DNA of 64,000 nucleotides from Alphaproteobacteria bacterium (GCA_052389895.1 JBQTHM010000006.1:2056-66055), one strand, 5' to 3'. Positions 1 through 10,023 are shown, numbered from the stretch's first letter. Notes: generated from the letters alone by a model not told the origin. Program-made: numbers and translations.

Positions 1-219
1 GCAGAGGCGCTTTGGCGCCGGGATCATCTTTATGACGTCGTCGTGGTGATCGGATTCAACGATGCGCCCATAATAAAAGGCAAAGGCAGCGCGATTTTTC
101 TCCACCTGGCCAGGAAAGACTATGCGCCGACGCAGGGTTGCGTGGCGGCGAACAAGGAGGACTTGCTGGAAGCGCTCGCCCAGCTCTCCCGCGGCGACCG
201 GATCAGGATCGAGAGCTAG
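1..219 (+). CDS. L,D-transpeptidase (YkuD-fold) family protein, C-terminal part; 5' end lies outside the window
   Basis: Frame 1 is open from nt 1 to TAG 217-219 (absent from the ORF track because there is no start codon in the window). Translation ...RRDHLYDVVVVIGFNDAPIIKGKGSAIFLHLARKDYAPTQGCVAANKEDLLEALAQL... carries the His...Gly-Cys catalytic signature of YkuD-type L,D-transpeptidases. Confidence 0.55.
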   Translation, partial: AEALWRRDHLYDVVVVIGFNDAPIIKGKGSAIFLHLARKDYAPTQGCVAANKEDLLEALAQLSRGDRIRIES

Positions 220-283
220 TGCAGCGGCCGGCAGATTTTTAGTGGAAAGGCTTATCGGTTTTTCGTTTCAAACGTCTTGGCGC

Positions 284-964
284 TCATCGCGCGGGCCGCG
301 GGCCGAAGATCGCGGTGCCGATGCGAACATGCGTGGCGCCGAATTTGATCGCGGTCTCGTAATCGTCGCTCATGCCCATGCTGAGCCGGGACAGTCCGCA
401 TTCGCCCGCAAGCTTTTTCAGCAGCGCGAAATGCAGCGCCGCCTCTTCGTTCAGCGGCGGAATGCACATGAGCCCGGCGATGTCGAGCCCCATTTCTTGG
501 CATTCGCGCACGAAGGAGACCGTCTCGCGCGGGGGCACGCCCGCCTTCTGCGGCTCCTCGCCCGTGTTCACCTGGACAAAGAGCTCGAGCGGTTTTCCCG
601 CGCGCGCCATTTCCTCCTTCAGTACCCGCGCAAGTTTGGCGCGGTCGAGCGAATGAATGGCATCGAACAGCGCCACGGCCTCGCGCGCCTTGTTGGTCTG
701 CAAGGAGTCGACCAGATGAAGTTGCACGCCGGGAAAGCGCGCTTTCAGCGCCGGCCACTTGGCCTTGGCCTCCTGCACGCGGTTTTCCCCGAACAAGCTG
801 TGTCCCGCCTCAAGCGCGGGCAGAATGCGCTCCTCGCCATGGCCCTTGGTTACGGCCACGACATGCGTGGCCGGCGCAGGACTCAGCGCCTTCTTCCGCG
901 CGGCTTCCACACTTGCGAGTATGGTGGCGAGATTGGCGGCCACGTCGATTGTCTGCGAGGGCAT
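284..964 (-). CDS. yggS: YggS-family pyridoxal-5'-phosphate homeostasis protein
   Basis: ORF track 284..1009(-). YggS/PLPBP hallmarks: VVAVTKGH (PLP-Lys region), HLVDSLQ, FVQVNTGEE, LSMGMSDDYE. Start placed at the in-frame ATG at 964 (MPSQTIDV...); 973 or 1009 are possible. Confidence 0.85.
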   Translation of the reverse strand: MPSQTIDVAANLATILASVEAARKKALSPAPATHVVAVTKGHGEERILPALEAGHSLFGENRVQEAKAKWPALKARFPGVQLHLVDSLQTNKAREAVALFDAIHSLDRAKLARVLKEEMARAGKPLELFVQVNTGEEPQKAGVPPRETVSFVRECQEMGLDIAGLMCIPPLNEEAALHFALLKKLAGECGLSRLSMGMSDDYETAIKFGATHVRIGTAIFGPRPAR

Positions 965-1041
965 GAATGGCATCGGAGCGCGAGCGTGCGCGGCTTGCAA
1001 GGGCGGCATTCCTGCTCAACCGGGCTGCTGGCTTTGCGGGC

Positions 1042-1617
1042 ATGCTGCCCCCGCTCGTGCTGATGACCGATGAGCGGTTGCGCGATCCGCTCGCTTCTGT
1101 GCGCGCGCTCCCTCAAGGCGCCGGTGTCGTCGTGCGCGCGCGGCGCGAACGCGAACGCGCAATGCTGGCGAGGGAAATCGCAAGCATTGCCGGGGCCAAC
1201 CGGCTCGTTCTTCTCATCGCCGGTGATGCCGCGCTGGCGGACGCGGTGAATGGGCACGGGCTGCATTTGCCGGAGGCGCGAATGGCGCAAGCCGCGCAAT
1301 GGAAGGGCAGGCGGCCGCAATGGCTTATCACGGTTGCTGCGCACTCGGCGCATGCGCTCAGGCGCGCGAGCGAATTCGGCGCCGATGCCGCCTTCCTTGC
1401 GCCTGTTTTTGCAACCGCAAGTCATCCCGGCCGCGCCGCACTGGGGCCGTTGCGTTTCATGGCGATCGCGCGCGCATCGCGCGTTCCCGTTTACGCGCTG
1501 GGGGGGATCACGGCTGCCAATGTGGGCCGCCTTGCCGGTGCGCCCATTGCGGGCATCGCAGCAGTGGACGGGTTGAGCGTGGCGCCCTCCGGCCGCTCGG
1601 TCGAGGCGACGAGTTAA
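1042..1617 (+). CDS. Thiamine-phosphate synthase (ThiE/TenI) family protein
   Basis: ORF 967..1617(+). TMP-synthase-like pattern: MLPPLVLMTDERL, GLHLPE, VPVYALGGI. Start is uncertain: 967 would abut the divergent yggS start, so ATG 1042 is preferred. Confidence 0.6.
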   Translation: MLPPLVLMTDERLRDPLASVRALPQGAGVVVRARRERERAMLAREIASIAGANRLVLLIAGDAALADAVNGHGLHLPEARMAQAAQWKGRRPQWLITVAAHSAHALRRASEFGADAAFLAPVFATASHPGRAALGPLRFMAIARASRVPVYALGGITAANVGRLAGAPIAGIAAVDGLSVAPSGRSVEATS

Positions 1618-1707
1618 GTTGCTAAGACGCCTACTCCTTATTATACACGCGCCCCAGCGCGAGCGGGTCCCGGGGGCGATTCGCACGCATCCAACGAAAG
1701 GCCGCAC

Positions 1708-2124
1708 ATGCGCTACGCCGCCCTCCTCCTGGCTCTTTTTCTCGCCGCCTGCGGTTCGAGCCGTTCGGGTTTCGACGAGGGCGTGCCAATGGCGAAAGCC
1801 GACATCGGCGTGAACGAATTTCTCTGGCGCGCCTCGCTCGACACGCTGAGTTTCATGCCGCTGCAGTCGGCCGACCCCTTCGGCGGCATCATCATCACCG
1901 AATGGTATTCCGCCCCCGAAAATCCGAACGAGCAAATGAAGGTGACGGTCTACATCCTCGACAAGCGCCTGCGCGCCGACGGCCTCAAGGCCTCTGTCTT
2001 TCGCCAGACCCGTTCGAGTTTGGGATGGGTCGACGCGCAGGTTAACCCCGAAACCGCCACCAAGCTGGAAAACGCAATTCTCGGCCGCGCGCGCCAGCTT
2101 CGCCTGGCCGCTATTGAGCGGTAG
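1708..2124 (+). CDS. Lipoprotein, DUF3576-like
   Basis: Lipoprotein signal LALFLAAC|G. Resembles the small lipoprotein family commonly found just upstream of leuS in Alphaproteobacteria (recalled, not searched). Confidence 0.55.
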   Translation: MRYAALLLALFLAACGSSRSGFDEGVPMAKADIGVNEFLWRASLDTLSFMPLQSADPFGGIIITEWYSAPENPNEQMKVTVYILDKRLRADGLKASVFRQTRSSLGWVDAQVNPETATKLENAILGRARQLRLAAIER

Positions 2125-2179
2125 AGGCTTCCCGCGCTAAGCCCGTTCGCCCCGGTGCATGCGGGCGAAAGGACAATCG

Positions 2180-4735
2180 ATGGCGCGCTACGACGCCAGG
2201 ACATCCGAGAAGCGCTGGCAGCAGGCCTGGGAAGAGGCGGGCGTCTTCCGTGCAGACAACGCCTCGAAAAAACCCAAAGCCTATGTGCTGGAGTTCTTTC
2301 CCTATCCTTCGGGGCGCATCCATATCGGCCACACCCGCAATTACACCATGGGCGACGTGATTGCGCGCTTCCGCCGGGCCCAGGGATTCAACGTTTTGCA
2401 CCCCATGGGCTGGGACGCATTCGGATTGCCTGCCGAAAACGCAGCGCGCGAAAAGGGCGTGCATCCGAGGCAGTGGACCTACGAAAACATCCGCGTCATG
2501 CGCGAGCAGCTAAAGCTGATGGGCCTGTCCATCGACTGGAGCCGCGAATTCGCCACTTGCGATCCCGAATATTACGCCCACGAGCAGCGGCTCTTTCTCG
2601 ATTTCTGGCGGCTGGGCTTCGTATACCGCGCGGAAGCGGACGTGAACTGGGATCCGGTCGAGCACAGCGTGCTCGCCAACGAGCAGGTGATCGACGGCAA
2701 GGGCTGGCGCTCGGGCGCGGACGTCGAGCGGCGCAAGCTGGCGCAATGGTTCTTCAGGATCACCGCCTTCATGGACGATCTGCTGGAGGCGCTCGATCGC
2801 CTCCCGCGCTGGCCGGAAAAAGTGCGCCTCATGCAGAAGAACTGGATTGGGCGCTCGGAAGGCTTGCGCTTCAATTTCGCACTGAAAGGCGCGCCCGCCG
2901 GTTTTCCCGGCATCGAAGTTTTTTCCACGCGTCCCGACACGCTCTTCGGGGCAAGCTTCATTGCGCTGTCGCCCGACCACGCGCTGAGCGAGGAGCTGGC
3001 AAAGCGCAATGCAAAGCTTGCCGCCTTCGTCGCCGAATGCAGGCGCATCGGCACTGCGGAAGAGGCGATCGAGACGGCCGAGAAGATGGGTTTCGATACG
3101 GGCATAAAGGCCGTGCACCCCTTCGACGCGAAATGGGAGCTTCCCGTCTATGTCGCCAATTTCGTGCTGACGGCCTACGGCACCGGTGCCATCTTCGGCT
3201 GCCCCGCGCACGACCAGCGCGACCTCGATTTCGCGCGCAAATATCAACTGCCTGTGGTGCCAGTTGTCATTCCTGAAGGCAGCGATCCGAAAACATTCAA
3301 GATCGGGAACGAGGCCTATCTGGGCTCGGGCCGTCTCGCCAATTCGCGTTTCCTGGACGGCATGGATGTGGATCGCGCAAAGAACGAAGCGGCCAAACGC
3401 ATCGAACAGGCGGGGCAGGGAACGCGCACGGTCAATTACCGCCTGCGCGACTGGCTGGTTTCGCGCCAGCGCTATTGGGGCTGTCCTATTCCCGTCATTC
3501 ATTGCGATTCTTGCGGCATGGTGCCGGTGCCGGAGAAAGACCTGCCGGTCAAATTGCCCGACGATGTGCGCTTCGATCGGCCGGGCAATCCGCTCGATCA
3601 CCACCCGTCGTGGAAAAAGGTGAATTGCCCGGACTGCGGCAAGCCCGCGCGGCGCGAGACGGATACGTTCGACACCTTTGTCGACTCATCCTGGTATTTC
3701 GCGCGCTTCTGCGATGCGCAGGCGAAAGCGCCGATCGATGCGGAAGCGGCGAATTACTGGCTGCCCGTCGATCAATATATCGGCGGGGTCGAGCACGCGA
3801 TTCTGCATCTGCTTTATGCGCGCTTCTTCACCCGCGTGCTGCACAAGGCGGGCTACGTGGGACTCGATGAGCCCTTTGCCTCGCTTTTCACACAGGGCAT
3901 GGTTTGCCATGAGACCTACCGCGACGAAGCCGGGCGCTATTACCTGCCCGAGGAAATCGAAAAGCGCGACGGGCGCATATTCCTGCGCGGCACCGGCAAG
4001 CCGTTGACCGTCGGCGCCTCGGAAAAAATGTCGAAGTCGAGAAAAAACGTTGTGCCCCCCGAGGTCATCGCCGGACAGTTCGGCGCCGACACCATCCGCT
4101 GGTTCACGCTCTCCGACACGCCGCCCGAACGCGATGTGGAATGGACGCAGGCGGGGGCGGAAGGATGCTGGCGCTTCATGCAGCGCGTGTATCGTCTTGT
4201 CACGGAAGCCGGCGATCTGCCGCCGCCCGCCACGAAGATCGGCGAGACAAGCGGCGCTGCGCTCGAGCTGCGCCGCGCCACGCATCGCGCCATCGCCGCC
4301 GTCACCGATGATTTGGAACAGCTTCGCTTCAACCGCGCAGTCGCGCGCATCTATGAACTGGCCAACGCCATAAGTGCGGCGGGAGAAGTGCAAGGAGCGG
4401 TGAAGCGCGAGGCGCTGGAAGCGCTCGTGCTGCTGATCGGCCCCATGATGCCGCATCTGGCCGAGACTTGCTGGGGAGCGCTCGGCCGCAAACAGATGGT
4501 TGCCGTCGCGCCTTGGCCCAAGGCCGACCCCGGATTGGTGCGCGCGGAGACCATCACCATCGCAGTGCAGGTGAACGGCAAGCGCCGCGGCGAAATCGAA
4601 ATTGACGCGGAAGCGGGCGAGGAGACCGTGCGCGAACAGGCGCTGGCCCTGGACGCCGTCAAACGTGCGCTGGAGGGCAAGTCTCCCCGCCGTGTGATCG
4701 TGGTTCCGGGGCGCATCGTGAATGTGGTGGCATGA
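2180..4735 (+). CDS. leuS: Leucine--tRNA ligase
   Basis: About 850-aa ORF with class-I aaRS HIGH-type ([11 protein letters not shown]) and KMSKS (KMSKSRKN) motifs and LeuS-typical blocks ([22 protein letters not shown]). Start at ATG 2180 ([14 protein letters not shown]). Confidence 0.97.
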   Translation: MARYDARTSEKRWQQAWEEAGVFRADNASKKPKAYVLEFFPYPSGRIHIGHTRNYTMGDVIARFRRAQGFNVLHPMGWDAFGLPAENAAREKGVHPRQWTYENIRVMREQLKLMGLSIDWSREFATCDPEYYAHEQRLFLDFWRLGFVYRAEADVNWDPVEHSVLANEQVIDGKGWRSGADVERRKLAQWFFRITAFMDDLLEALDRLPRWPEKVRLMQKNWIGRSEGLRFNFALKGAPAGFPGIEVFSTRPDTLFGASFIALSPDHALSEELAKRNAKLAAFVAECRRIGTAEEAIETAEKMGFDTGIKAVHPFDAKWELPVYVANFVLTAYGTGAIFGCPAHDQRDLDFARKYQLPVVPVVIPEGSDPKTFKIGNEAYLGSGRLANSRFLDGMDVDRAKNEAAKRIEQAGQGTRTVNYRLRDWLVSRQRYWGCPIPVIHCDSCGMVPVPEKDLPVKLPDDVRFDRPGNPLDHHPSWKKVNCPDCGKPARRETDTFDTFVDSSWYFARFCDAQAKAPIDAEAANYWLPVDQYIGGVEHAILHLLYARFFTRVLHKAGYVGLDEPFASLFTQGMVCHETYRDEAGRYYLPEEIEKRDGRIFLRGTGKPLTVGASEKMSKSRKNVVPPEVIAGQFGADTIRWFTLSDTPPERDVEWTQAGAEGCWRFMQRVYRLVTEAGDLPPPATKIGETSGAALELRRATHRAIAAVTDDLEQLRFNRAVARIYELANAISAAGEVQGAVKREALEALVLLIGPMMPHLAETCWGALGRKQMVAVAPWPKADPGLVRAETITIAVQVNGKRRGEIEIDAEAGEETVREQALALDAVKRALEGKSPRRVIVVPGRIVNVVA

Positions 4736-4781
4736 CCTTGACCCCCTCCCGCTCGCTTCGGATCGCATCCTGCGTTCGCTG

Positions 4782-4849
4782 CCTCCCCCTTTCAGGGGGA
4801 GGAAAAATGGGTGCTATGCTCTGGCTGTCCTCCCCCTGGAAGGGGGCGG
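4782..4849. repeat. Two GC-rich C5T/AG5 hairpins (REP-like intergenic element) between leuS and lptE
   Basis: First hairpin: CCTCCCCCT-TTC-AGGGGGAGG (4782-4802). Second hairpin: CCCCCT-GGA-AGGGGG with flanking pairs (4829-4849). Neither is followed by a U-run. Confidence 0.5.
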
Positions 4850-4925
4850 TCGGTTTGCGCAAGCAAGCCGGGTGGGGGTCATGGCTCAGAAATCAGAGAT
4901 AAGAAATAGAAAGTCGCGGATCGGA

Positions 4926-5453
4926 ATGTTCCGATTTCCGATTTCTGGATTCAGATTTCTGATTTCCGCGGCGCTTCTTGTGCCGCTCGCCGCATGCGGC
5001 TTTCATCCGCTCTACGGAAAGATCGGCGGCAAGTCGGCGGACGTTACCTTCCAATCCATCTATGTCGAGGCGATTCCCGAGCGCGTAGGCTATCAGCTGA
5101 GGAGCAATCTGCTTGATCTCTTCGATGCGCCGTCCGCGCCGCAGGGCGCGATGTATCGTTTGCGAATTGAATTGCGGTCGGACGAAAAAGGGCTGGCGCT
5201 CGAAGAAACCGCCGCCGTAACGCGTTATTCGTATCGCCTTGCCGCTCGCTACCGGCTCACGCGTGCGGGCAGCACCGATGTGCTGAAAAAGGGCGTGGTC
5301 TACTCGCTGACCAGCTACGACGTCGTGCAGTCGCCCTATGCGACCGTGGTGGCGGAAAGGGACGCGCAGGACCGCGCGGCGCAGGACATCGCCGAGCGCT
5401 TGCGCACGGAGCTGGCCGTCTACTTCATCAACGCGCAAAAGGCGGCGCCGTGA
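4926..5453 (+). CDS. lptE: LPS-assembly lipoprotein LptE
   Basis: Sits in the conserved leuS-lptE-holA position. Lipobox LAAC|GFHPLYG. Start is ATG 4926 (MFRFPISGF...) or ATG 4881 (MAQKSEIRNRK...). Confidence 0.75.
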   Translation: MFRFPISGFRFLISAALLVPLAACGFHPLYGKIGGKSADVTFQSIYVEAIPERVGYQLRSNLLDLFDAPSAPQGAMYRLRIELRSDEKGLALEETAAVTRYSYRLAARYRLTRAGSTDVLKKGVVYSLTSYDVVQSPYATVVAERDAQDRAAQDIAERLRTELAVYFINAQKAAP

Positions 5454-6472
5454 AAGTCGAGTCGCGCGAAGCCGCAAGCTTCGCCGCCAAGCCTCCGCCC
5501 AAGCTTGTCGCCGCGCTCGTTTACGGGCCCGATCAGGGCTTGGTGCGCGAGCGCGCGGACGCGCTGGTGAAAAGCGCAGCCGACCCCGCAGATCCCTTCC
5601 AGGTCAGCGAGCTTGGCGAAGACGCGCTTTCCGAAAGCCCGGGAAGGCTCCAGGAGGAAGCCGCTGCGATCCCGATGCTGGGCGGCCGACGCGTGGTGCG
5701 CGTGAAAGGCGTCTCCAATGCGCTTGCCGGTATTTTCGAGGCGCTGCTCGAAGCCCCGCCGGGCGATGCTTTCATCGTGGCCGAAGCGGGCGAACTCACC
5801 AAGGCGTCCGCGCTGCGCCGCCTGTTCGAGCAGGCGAAGAACGCCGCTGCCGTTCCTTGTTACCTCGACTCGGAAGAAACGCTGGAAAAAGTGGTGGAGC
5901 AGTCTCTCAGACAGGCGGGACTGGCGATCGAACCCGCGGCGCTCGCCGAAGCCGTGTCGCGGCTGGGTTCCGACCGCGGGGTGACGCGGCGCGAAGTGGA
6001 AAAACTCGTACTCTATGCCCAGGGCGAAAAGCGCATCACGCGCGAGCATGTGCTGGCCGTGATGGGCGATGAATCCGAATTGCGCATGGACAAAGTCTGC
6101 GATGCAGCGGGCGAAGGCGACTATGTGCGCGTTGACCGCGAGCTGACTCGCCTTTGGGACAGCGGCGCCCCGGCCGTCGGCATGATCCGCGTGGCGCTGG
6201 GCCATTTTCAGCGATTGCTATTGGCGCGAGCGCGCATGGACGCTGGCGCTTCGACTGCTGACCTGATCAAGACGCTACGTCCTTCGGCGCAATTTTCGCG
6301 CGACGTTTCGCTCCGCCATCAACTCACGGCATGGAACGTGGCGCGCCTCGAAGAGGCGCTCGAGCTTCTCTATGAGGCCGAAGTGCTGTGCAAAACCACG
6401 GCCGTTCCCGCCGAGGCGGCCGCCGGCCGCGCGCTGCTCCAGGTGGCTTCTCTGGCGGGGCCGCCGCGCTGA
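5450..6472 (+). CDS. holA: DNA polymerase III subunit delta
   Basis: 340-aa ORF. GTG start overlaps the lptE stop (GTGA). Delta-subunit-like N-terminus (ALVYGPDQGLVRERADAL) and conserved gene order. Confidence 0.85.
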   Translation: MKVESREAASFAAKPPPKLVAALVYGPDQGLVRERADALVKSAADPADPFQVSELGEDALSESPGRLQEEAAAIPMLGGRRVVRVKGVSNALAGIFEALLEAPPGDAFIVAEAGELTKASALRRLFEQAKNAAAVPCYLDSEETLEKVVEQSLRQAGLAIEPAALAEAVSRLGSDRGVTRREVEKLVLYAQGEKRITREHVLAVMGDESELRMDKVCDAAGEGDYVRVDRELTRLWDSGAPAVGMIRVALGHFQRLLLARARMDAGASTADLIKTLRPSAQFSRDVSLRHQLTAWNVARLEEALELLYEAEVLCKTTAVPAEAAAGRALLQVASLAGPPR

Positions 6473-6873
6473 TGCGATACGAAGATATCAAGAAGCATTG
6501 TCTTTCCCTTCCCGGTGCCATGCTTTCCATCCAGTGGGGCAACGATCGTGTTTTCAAGGTGGCCGGGAAGATGTTCGCGGTGCTGAGCCCGCCCGGTCAG
6601 AAGCCGCCGACGCTTTCCTTCAAGACAAGCGACGACAGCTTTCACATCCTCACGCAAATGAAGCACATCCGGCCCGCGCCGTATCTGGCGCGCGCCCATT
6701 GGGTCTATCTGGAACGGCTGGGCGCGCTTCCCAAACGCGAGCTCAAGGAATATCTCACCCGCGCCCATCTGCTGGTGGCGGCAAGCCTGCCTAAAAAGGC
6801 GCAAGCCGCACTGATCCGGTCCGTAAGCAGGAAAGCGGAAAGGAAAACTAGCGCGCGCCGCCGGCGGCGCTGA
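6472..6873 (+). CDS. MmcQ/YjbR family DNA-binding protein
   Basis: ATG 6472 overlaps the holA stop (TGATG). Sequence MRYEDIKKHCLSLPGA...WGNDRVFKVAGKMFAVL is typical of the family. Confidence 0.7.
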   Translation: MRYEDIKKHCLSLPGAMLSIQWGNDRVFKVAGKMFAVLSPPGQKPPTLSFKTSDDSFHILTQMKHIRPAPYLARAHWVYLERLGALPKRELKEYLTRAHLLVAASLPKKAQAALIRSVSRKAERKTSARRRRR

Positions 6874-7534
6874 GCGGCGCACTCTGCGCGGGCTGCGGCT
6901 GCTGGGCAGCCGAAGGCCGCTCGAAAAGGCTCGTATTGGGGAAGAGGAGTCCCAGAAACTCGATGCCGATGCCTTCGCTGTGGTGGCGCGCCACGCGTCC
7001 CGCGCGATGGCCGATCAGGATGTGCTCGCCAACCGGGGGCCGCAATTCCGTCCTCACTGAAATCCCGGTCAGCGAGAAGTCCAGTACATCGCAACGGATC
7101 TGCTCGCCGCTTGCGCGCGTGAAAACCGTATGGCTCCCTGCCGCGGCCGGCGCGCGCTCGTAATTCCGGAGATGCGACTCGCCCACCAGGTGGCGGTTGA
7201 GGCGCAGCGTCAGCTGGTCCGCCAGCCGATCGCGTTTTTGCAGCGAAGACGCAAACGCCACCGCGAAGCCGGACGGCGTACGGCGCGCAATCGCGCCCTC
7301 GAAACGCCCCAAGCCGTCCAGATAGATGACGATGTTCCCCTGCGGCTCCTGTTTCAGCTCGCAGGTGACGGAAACGCCGCCGGGGGAAATATCCTCGACG
7401 GCGCAAACCGCTTCTTCCTGCGTCGCGGGAATGTAAAGCCGGCCGGAAATGGCCAGCCGCACGCGGCGAAATCGGCGGCGCTCCTTTCGCGCGCGCTCGA
7501 TCAACGCCTCGTTGCGCTTTTCGCTCTCGGACAT
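6848..7534 (-). CDS. Tandem PilZ-domain protein (c-di-GMP receptor candidate)
   Basis: Two PilZ signatures. First: RRRFRRVR ... DISPGG. Second: RNYER ... DFSLTG. These are RxxxR followed by [D/N]xSxxG. Confidence 0.75.
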   Translation of the reverse strand: MSESEKRNEALIERARKERRRFRRVRLAISGRLYIPATQEEAVCAVEDISPGGVSVTCELKQEPQGNIVIYLDGLGRFEGAIARRTPSGFAVAFASSLQKRDRLADQLTLRLNRHLVGESHLRNYERAPAAAGSHTVFTRASGEQIRCDVLDFSLTGISVRTELRPPVGEHILIGHRAGRVARHHSEGIGIEFLGLLFPNTSLFERPSAAQQPQPAQSAPLSAAGGAR

Positions 7535-7808
7535 TTGACGGCCTTGCGTCTTTCCGCGCTTTTGCCGGGAATTCTAGGCGGCGATTGTTCAACAATTGGT
7601 TGATCGGGCGTGTAGAACGGAAAGGGATCGCCGCGGTTAAAGCCTCTTAACTCTCCTGCGCTGCGGCAAACACCCTGCAAGATCGATCCGCTCGGCTGGC
7701 GCCGGCACGGCCGCCGCTTGATTTCAGCCGGTCGCACATTCGTCGGCTGCGACGCAGGCAAAATCCCGTTGTATGCCCGCGCAAACCGGGCGGCCATCGC
7801 GCGGATGC

Positions 7809-7833
7809 GGAACCGGCCCGTCGCTGTCACGTT
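7809..7833 (+). promoter_or_regulatory. EcfG-type (general stress response) promoter motif GGAAC-N16-CGTT
   Basis: GGAAC at 7809-7813 and CGTT at 7830-7833, about 120 nt upstream of ATG 7952. Confidence 0.5.
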
Positions 7834-7951
7834 GCATTGCATGGACCCCTTGTGTGTCGGTGCGGTAACGCCCGTCCCCTTTGCTGAGCCCTGCCTTTCG
7901 CACGGCATGTGTGCGGCGTATGCTCGTTCTCGCGTTCCGGGGGTGGGTGCG

Positions 7952-8293
7952 ATGCGTCGCACAGCAATGCTTGCGTTCGTTCTGATCGCGCTCCCTTTTT
8001 CTGCCCACGCGCAGTCCGCAAATTACATCTCGCCGCCGCTCACCTACGGCGTAAAGACGCTCTCTTTCGACCGCTGGTGCCAGGAAGATCAGCGCTATCC
8101 CGTCGCGCGCTGCGACCAGCGGCTGGCGGCGGACGTGGCGGCGTTCGAAGAGTATCGCGCGCAAGTCGAGCGCTACGATCTGGACTATGAGATGGAGCGC
8201 ACGCGCGAATACGAGTTCGAACGCGACGTGCTAAGACGCGATCATTCGCAGCAGCCGGCGCCGCCCGACGTTATCGCGCCGTCGCCCCATTAG
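7952..8293 (+). CDS. Secreted hypothetical protein (113 aa)
   Basis: Internal ATG of ORF 7718..8293 gives a clean signal peptide MRRTAMLAFVLIALPFSAHA|QS. The mature part is rich in acidic/Arg residues. No family recognised. Confidence 0.5.
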   Translation: MRRTAMLAFVLIALPFSAHAQSANYISPPLTYGVKTLSFDRWCQEDQRYPVARCDQRLAADVAAFEEYRAQVERYDLDYEMERTREYEFERDVLRRDHSQQPAPPDVIAPSPH

Positions 8294-8961
8294 CAGCGCG
8301 CTTTGGCCGCCTCCCAGCGCGGCGCGAAACCGTCGAAATCAGCAACCTCCAGGCGCAGCGGGTCATGCGCGGCGCGTTGGGGAACGACGAGCCGCAAATG
8401 CGGCACGCGAGTGGGCCGCGTGGGCGCGCGGTTTCGCTGTCCAAAACTGGGCGGCGTCGTGTCCGTCGTTTCGCCGTCTTCGTGCACCATGGTGGACGAC
8501 ACAAGGCGCTGAAACACGATATTGCGCCCTGCCAGCACGCCGGCATCGCCCAGCACGGAGATGACGCCCAGAAATCGCGCGCGCCCGCTATGCGCGATGG
8601 GCATCAGTGCCGTCTCGATTTCCACCATCCGCCCGTCATCGGTTGCGCCCAGCGACACCAGGCATATGGGCGCGGACAGCCGCTCCGCCTGGCGCAGCAG
8701 CACGCTCAGCGCAGGCTTGCTTCCCTCATCCCAGTGGGAAAGGAATGCCGCGTCGCGCAGTTCGTGTCCGAAATAGTGGCAGAGCGTGGTTCCCGCGAGA
8801 CGGTACAGCGCGCCGCTCTGGCCGCCGGTTTCGAGAAGGAAAACGAAAGGAAGCAGACGCTTGAGCGCGCGGGGATCGATATCGGCCTGGTCGGGAACGG
8901 ATTTGGCGCCCTTGATGCGGCCCCAGTAGCCCACCACGAAATGGCTGTTTCGGTGCTTCAT
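8290..8961 (-). CDS. PAS-like (PAS_5/DUF1457-type) domain protein
   Basis: Starts at ATG 8961 (MKHRNSHFVVGYW...). The pattern DIDPRALKRLLPFVFLLE...YRLAGTTLC matches my recollection of the alphaproteobacterial single-domain PAS_5 family. Confidence 0.5.
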   Translation of the reverse strand: MKHRNSHFVVGYWGRIKGAKSVPDQADIDPRALKRLLPFVFLLETGGQSGALYRLAGTTLCHYFGHELRDAAFLSHWDEGSKPALSVLLRQAERLSAPICLVSLGATDDGRMVEIETALMPIAHSGRARFLGVISVLGDAGVLAGRNIVFQRLVSSTMVHEDGETTDTTPPSFGQRNRAPTRPTRVPHLRLVVPQRAAHDPLRLEVADFDGFAPRWEAAKARC

Positions 8962-9128
8962 CGAACTGTCCTGCTCCCCGCGCGCCCTGTCCCGCCCTGA
9001 GGCAGGAAAACGCGCAAATTCCGTCCTGCGCGAGAGCAGGAGCGAAATGCATGCCAGCGCCAAGAAGCCGGGAAATTGCGAGGCCTATTCGGAGGATGTT
9101 GGTAAACGCGCGAGCGCCGGGGCCGCAA

Positions 9129-9833
9129 TCAGCCCCATGGGCCGCGGCGGCGCCCGAAGAGGGGCACGTCGGCATATTTGAAGAAAGGCGTGAGTATGAG
9201 CCCGGCAACAAAGCCCCCGACATGGGCCAGGAATGCGACGCCGGGCCGGCCCGGATCGGTCATCGCGGCGCTGACGAGCTGAATCAGGAACCAGAAGCCC
9301 ACGACGAACACCGCCGCGATTTTCATCGGGTAAAGCAGCACCCCCAGCGGCAGAATCACGGTTACACGCGCGCCGGGGTGCACCAGCACGTAAGACGCCA
9401 GCACGCCGGATATGGCGCCCGAGGCGCCGACCATGGGAATTGTCGAATCGGGATTGGCGTAGCCATGGGTGAGTGCCGCCGCCACCCCACAGAGCAGGTA
9501 GAAGATGAGAAAGCGGATATGGCCCATCACATCTTCCACATTGTTCCCGAAAATCCAGAGGTAAAGCATGTTGCCAGCCAGATGCAGCCAGCTTCCGTGC
9601 ATGAACATCGAGGTAAAGAGGGTAAGCACCGGAGCCGGCGCTTCCAGCGCCGGGTTGAGCCGCGCGTCGCCCAGAAGCAGCGCGGGCACGAAGCCGTAGG
9701 TATAGGCCGCGCGCTCGCCGCCGGCCGCCCCCTGGGAGACTTGCCAGAGGAACACCGCGATACAGAGCGCCATGATGCCCCAGGTAAGAAAGGGCACGAT
9801 GCGCGTGGGGTTGTCGTCCGAGATCGGGATCAT
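9129..9833 (-). CDS. Rhomboid family intramembrane serine protease
   Basis: Six-TM profile. Catalytic GASGAISG and downstream HVGGF. Also HGSWLHLAGNMLYLWIFG. Confidence 0.85.
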   Translation of the reverse strand: MIPISDDNPTRIVPFLTWGIMALCIAVFLWQVSQGAAGGERAAYTYGFVPALLLGDARLNPALEAPAPVLTLFTSMFMHGSWLHLAGNMLYLWIFGNNVEDVMGHIRFLIFYLLCGVAAALTHGYANPDSTIPMVGASGAISGVLASYVLVHPGARVTVILPLGVLLYPMKIAAVFVVGFWFLIQLVSAAMTDPGRPGVAFLAHVGGFVAGLILTPFFKYADVPLFGRRRGPWG

Positions 9834-10023
9834 GCGTTAAGCCCTGCGCGCGCCACTTTGCCTCTTGTCTCATATTGGGGCATCGCCGCCCACCTGTCGC
9901 GGCGCATCCGCGCGCGTTTCTGGCACGAAACATGAAACTCAAGCGCCGGGAATTAAGCTTTTGTCAAGAAGGGGCGTGCGCCCCGGGGTGGGCCCGGGCA
10001 GCATGAGGCCGAGGGGACTCTTG

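Noticed and set aside
967-1041. Longer start (ATG 967) for the ThiE-like gene, 3 nt from the divergent yggS start
   Set aside because: It would leave no promoter space between the divergent genes. The conserved family N-terminus (LPPLVLMTDER) begins just after ATG 1042.
883-1935. 350-aa minus-strand ORF (and the 313-aa plus ORF 122..1063) overlapping yggS, the ThiE-like gene and the DUF3576 gene
   Set aside because: Its composition is Arg/Ala/Gly-rich and low-complexity, typical of non-coding frames in GC-rich DNA. It overlaps genes with clear family motifs and has no motif of its own.
7637-7651. TTAA-AGCCTC-TTAAC, a CtrA-box-like sequence upstream of the tandem-PilZ gene
   Set aside because: The spacer is 6 nt, not the 7 nt required by the consensus.
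9865-10023. N-terminal extension of the hexad-repeat protein ORF (MSHIGASPPTCRG...)
   Set aside because: The extension is Arg/Gly/Pro-rich and would bury the signal peptide internally. Starts at 10003 or 10024 give a normal signal peptide.
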